A DNA stretch of 43,215 bases from a virus, in UHGV virus genome UHGV-0324072; one strand, 5' to 3'. The notes below the pieces were generated by a model. That model was given only the letters and a program-made list of their open reading frames with translations. It was not told the origin of the DNA and ran no database searches. The translations under genes and the position numbers were made by a program. How positions within the stretch are numbered: the first letter of the stretch is position 1; the number at the start of each line of letters is the position of its first letter. Positions 41,442 to 43,215 of this stretch are shown one piece after another.

Positions 41442-41593
41442 TTCTTTTTCCTTAAATCCAGTGCCTTCGTTTCGCTGAGTCTTATTTTCATACAATCACG
41501 GCAAATCCACACATGCCTGTACCCGGCGCGGTACTCATCCGCGTACCACGGAAGCGGTTTCATATATCGGTATACGTGCTTACAGAAAAACAT
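41438..41593 (-). CDS. small Cys-rich protein (51 aa) coupled to polymerase start
   Basis: ATG 41593; stop overlaps polymerase ATG (ATGA); C-x3-H...C-x2-C pattern. Confidence 0.3.
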   Translation of the reverse strand: MFFCKHVYRYMKPLPWYADEYRAGYRHVWICRDCMKIRLSETKALDLRKKK

Positions 41594-41613
41594 GATTTTC
41601 GACCCTTAGTAAA

Positions 41614-41633
41614 AAGGCCCAATGAAGGGCCTT
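41614..41633 (-). terminator. hairpin AAGGCCC-aatgaa-GGGCCTT, candidate attenuator between SSB-like and polymerase genes
   Basis: followed on minus strand by a T-run (rc of AAAAA 41609..41613). Confidence 0.4.
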
Positions 41634-41652
41634 AGTTAAATTGATTCAGATA

Positions 41653-42279
41653 TTAACGGCGGCGACGTTCGCGGCGCGGTGCTTCATCTTCTTCGTCGTC
41701 TTCCAGGTCGTCGACGCTTGCAGCAACTTTAGAGCCTCCAAACGCTTTACCTTCGCCAACGTACTTAATTGCCAGCAGGTTAACGCCGAGTACTTTATAT
41801 TTCTGGCTGAACCAGATTTCAACGCTTACGTTAGCGACGCAGCCACTGTACACCTGTTCACCTTCAATCTGTTCGCCTTCTACATTGAAGTCTGGTTCTA
41901 CCTGAGTTTCGCCTTTTTTAGATGTTACAATCAGAGGTTGTTTCTGCGCTTTCGCTTTGAAGTAGAAACCTTCCGGGAAGTCTTCAAACGGATTGTCGCG
42001 CTCGGCGATGTCCTTAATCGCGCATTTATCCATGTGCTTGCCTTCGCCGTAGTTTGACTTCATCCATTTCTCTGCGGCGGCTGCACCCAACGCTTCTTCA
42101 ACCACAGCGTAAACGGTGTCGTAGAGCGCGTCGATTTGAGCATGGTCAGACGGCAGGATGATAGTTGCGCTGTACTGGCCTTTAGTGATTGAGCCGTCGT
42201 CGTTTTCACGGTCTTTTTCGCGTTCGAATACGTTAACCCATGCAGTGTTTACTTTACGCAGATTCAGTTTAATGCCCAT
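41653..42279 (-). CDS. putative ssDNA-binding protein (DUF2815-like)
   Basis: 208 aa; acidic DDLEDDEEDE tract near C-terminus; first gene behind promoter 42333..42361; family call from memory. Confidence 0.4.
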   Translation of the reverse strand: MGIKLNLRKVNTAWVNVFEREKDRENDDGSITKGQYSATIILPSDHAQIDALYDTVYAVVEEALGAAAAEKWMKSNYGEGKHMDKCAIKDIAERDNPFEDFPEGFYFKAKAQKQPLIVTSKKGETQVEPDFNVEGEQIEGEQVYSGCVANVSVEIWFSQKYKVLGVNLLAIKYVGEGKAFGGSKVAASVDDLEDDEEDEAPRRERRRR

Positions 42280-42332
42280 CTTGATTTCTCGCTTTTAAGT
42301 TTACTCCGGGAGCTGCCCGGCCAGTGATTAGA

Positions 42333-42361
42333 ACTATAATAGCTAACTATTCAGGTGTCAA
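42333..42361 (-). promoter_or_regulatory. sigma70-like promoter TTGACA-N17-TATAGT with palindromic spacer (minus strand)
   Basis: rc of 42333..42361; spacer contains AATAGTTAGCTAT. Confidence 0.5.
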
Positions 42362-42550
42362 ATAAAATTTCGCAATACGGACTATGTTCTCGAAATCATT
42401 CATATCAACGGGTTCGAATTCATCCTCCACATGGTTGTATCGCACCATCGTGCCGTTCAGGAACGTAAACGATTCCGAATGGATATAACCGCCCCAGCGC
42501 CATATCATCACAAAATCTTTATCTGTGGGCATTTCATTTACTTGAATCAT
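42347..42550 (-). CDS. hypothetical protein (67 aa)
   Basis: ATG 42550 (RBS AGGA) overlaps stop of nuclease gene (ATGA); track start is an upstream alternative codon. Confidence 0.4.
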   Translation of the reverse strand: MIQVNEMPTDKDFVMIWRWGGYIHSESFTFLNGTMVRYNHVEDEFEPVDMNDFENIVRIAKFYLTPE

Positions 42551-43215
42551 TCCAAATCCTCCTCTGTTACCTGATTCCACTCAGGACGTTTGTCGTCTGC
42601 CGTTGCGACACATGGTGCGCCTGGCTTACGGGTAATGAAGTCTTTCAGTTCTTCTTCCGGTATGACTTTAACAGCTTCGGTAGGTGACATGAGCACTTCT
42701 TTAGTCAGCTTGTCGCCGTAGAGTTCTGTTACTTTCTCCGCGTCTTTCCATGCACGATTACCCGGGCGGCCTTCAACCAACTTGTAACCAGGAACTTTCT
42801 TACCTGAATGCAACGCGGCCGCCATAGCTTTCTCAACCTTGTCGATGTGCTGGCGCAACAGCGGCAACTTCTCATACTCAGCTACGAGTTGCTCCGGCGT
42901 CAGTTCCAGCACAAAGTCGTCTTCCAGTTCTTCCGCCAGTACAGAATTAACCGTCTTTGTACGCGCAGCGCATTGTTCAGAGAACCGGCACCACTGACAA
43001 CCATCTACCGATGGCTTGAAGTCCGACGCTTTCAGGTTCTTCTTGCCACGGAAATACGCATCAAGCGCTAACAGCGCGCGTTTCTGTGCGAACTTAGCGA
43101 ACAGTTCCAGTCCTTCAACCGAGATGTCCCACTCTGTCGCGCCCCCAGCGTAAGGCTGGAAGATGACCAGACGAACGGTTGTTATGTTATAACGTCTCTT
43201 GAGTCGACGATAAAC
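42547..43215 (-). CDS. DUF2800-family nuclease, C-terminal part; ORF enters from beyond window end and is in frame with 1..612
   Basis: open frame from 43215 to stop at 42547; Cys cluster CQWCRFSEQC (Cas4-like Fe-S motif); ends VTEEDLE. Confidence 0.6.
   Translation of the reverse strand, partial: VYRRLKRRYNITTVRLVIFQPYAGGATEWDISVEGLELFAKFAQKRALLALDAYFRGKKNLKASDFKPSVDGCQWCRFSEQCAARTKTVNSVLAEELEDDFVLELTPEQLVAEYEKLPLLRQHIDKVEKAMAAALHSGKKVPGYKLVEGRPGNRAWKDAEKVTELYGDKLTKEVLMSPTEAVKVIPEEELKDFITRKPGAPCVATADDKRPEWNQVTEEDLE

Noticed and set aside
41442-41495. N-terminal extension of the DNA polymerase ORF in the track (start at 41495)
   Set aside because: Track start is a TTG; an ATG with a good RBS at 41441 is followed by the canonical exonuclease N-terminus, and the upstream segment belongs to a separate coupled small ORF in another frame.
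42411-42419. GGTTCGAAT T-loop-like motif (possible tRNA)
   Set aside because: Lies inside a coding sequence with no flanking acceptor or anticodon stem candidates; no tRNA-like cloverleaf found anywhere by eye.
1-43215. CRISPR array, integrase or lysogeny module
   Set aside because: No regularly spaced direct repeats with unique spacers, and no tyrosine or serine recombinase-like ORF; the XRE and AlpA-type HTH genes alone are not enough to call a lysogeny switch.

Overview
The window reads as a complete, circularly permuted genome (43,215 bp) of a tailed dsDNA phage with siphovirus-type tail genes; no integrase or lysogeny module was found. Its layout resembles Jersey-like enterobacterial siphophages, but that is from memory and not checked. 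A DUF2800-type nuclease gene is cut by the window boundary and its two halves join in frame (1..612 with 42547..43215, minus strand), which is the evidence for circularity. All coordinates and translations were worked out by hand from the supplied sequence and ORF track; no searches were run, so family names are motif-level calls from memory.

Genome layout:
- Minus-strand replication/recombination module (about 36.2-43.2 kb, continuing through 1-4.4 kb): SSB-like protein, family A DNA polymerase, VRR-NUC nuclease, C5-cytosine methyltransferase, SNF2 helicase, DUF2800 nuclease, AEP-primase/helicase fusion.
- Plus-strand early array (5.5-11 kb): small genes behind repeated TTGCAC-N17-TACTATTCA promoters, including a DUF551 protein, an HslV-like Ntn-hydrolase and the holin/antiholin/endolysin cassette.
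- Plus-strand structural module (11.2-36.2 kb): TerS, TerL, portal, head morphogenesis protein, overlapped Rz/Rz1 spanins, scaffold, major capsid, connector proteins, major tail protein, G/GT chaperone with a candidate -1 frameshift, tape measure, distal tail proteins, J-like tip protein, beta-helix tailspike.
- Three reverse-oriented insertions inside the structural module, each with its own promoter and bounded by AAGGCCCC-N4-GGGGCCTT terminators: a KilA-N gene (14.5 kb), a 67-aa gene (16.8 kb), and a three-gene cassette (24.4-26.2 kb).

Best candidates for something undescribed:
1. The three-gene reverse cassette at 24.4-26.2 kb: secreted protein, HTH-metallophosphoesterase fusion, DUF3310-like small protein.
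2. The C5-methyltransferase gene, whose conserved motifs lie in two overlapping reading frames.
3. The HslV-like Ntn-hydrolase with no partner ATPase.
4. An identical TEEDLE C-terminal tail, encoded by identical 18-bp DNA, on the primase-helicase and the DUF2800 nuclease.
5. Two promoter-to-terminator units with no ORF (candidate small RNAs at about 5.16-5.38 kb and 17.18-17.38 kb).
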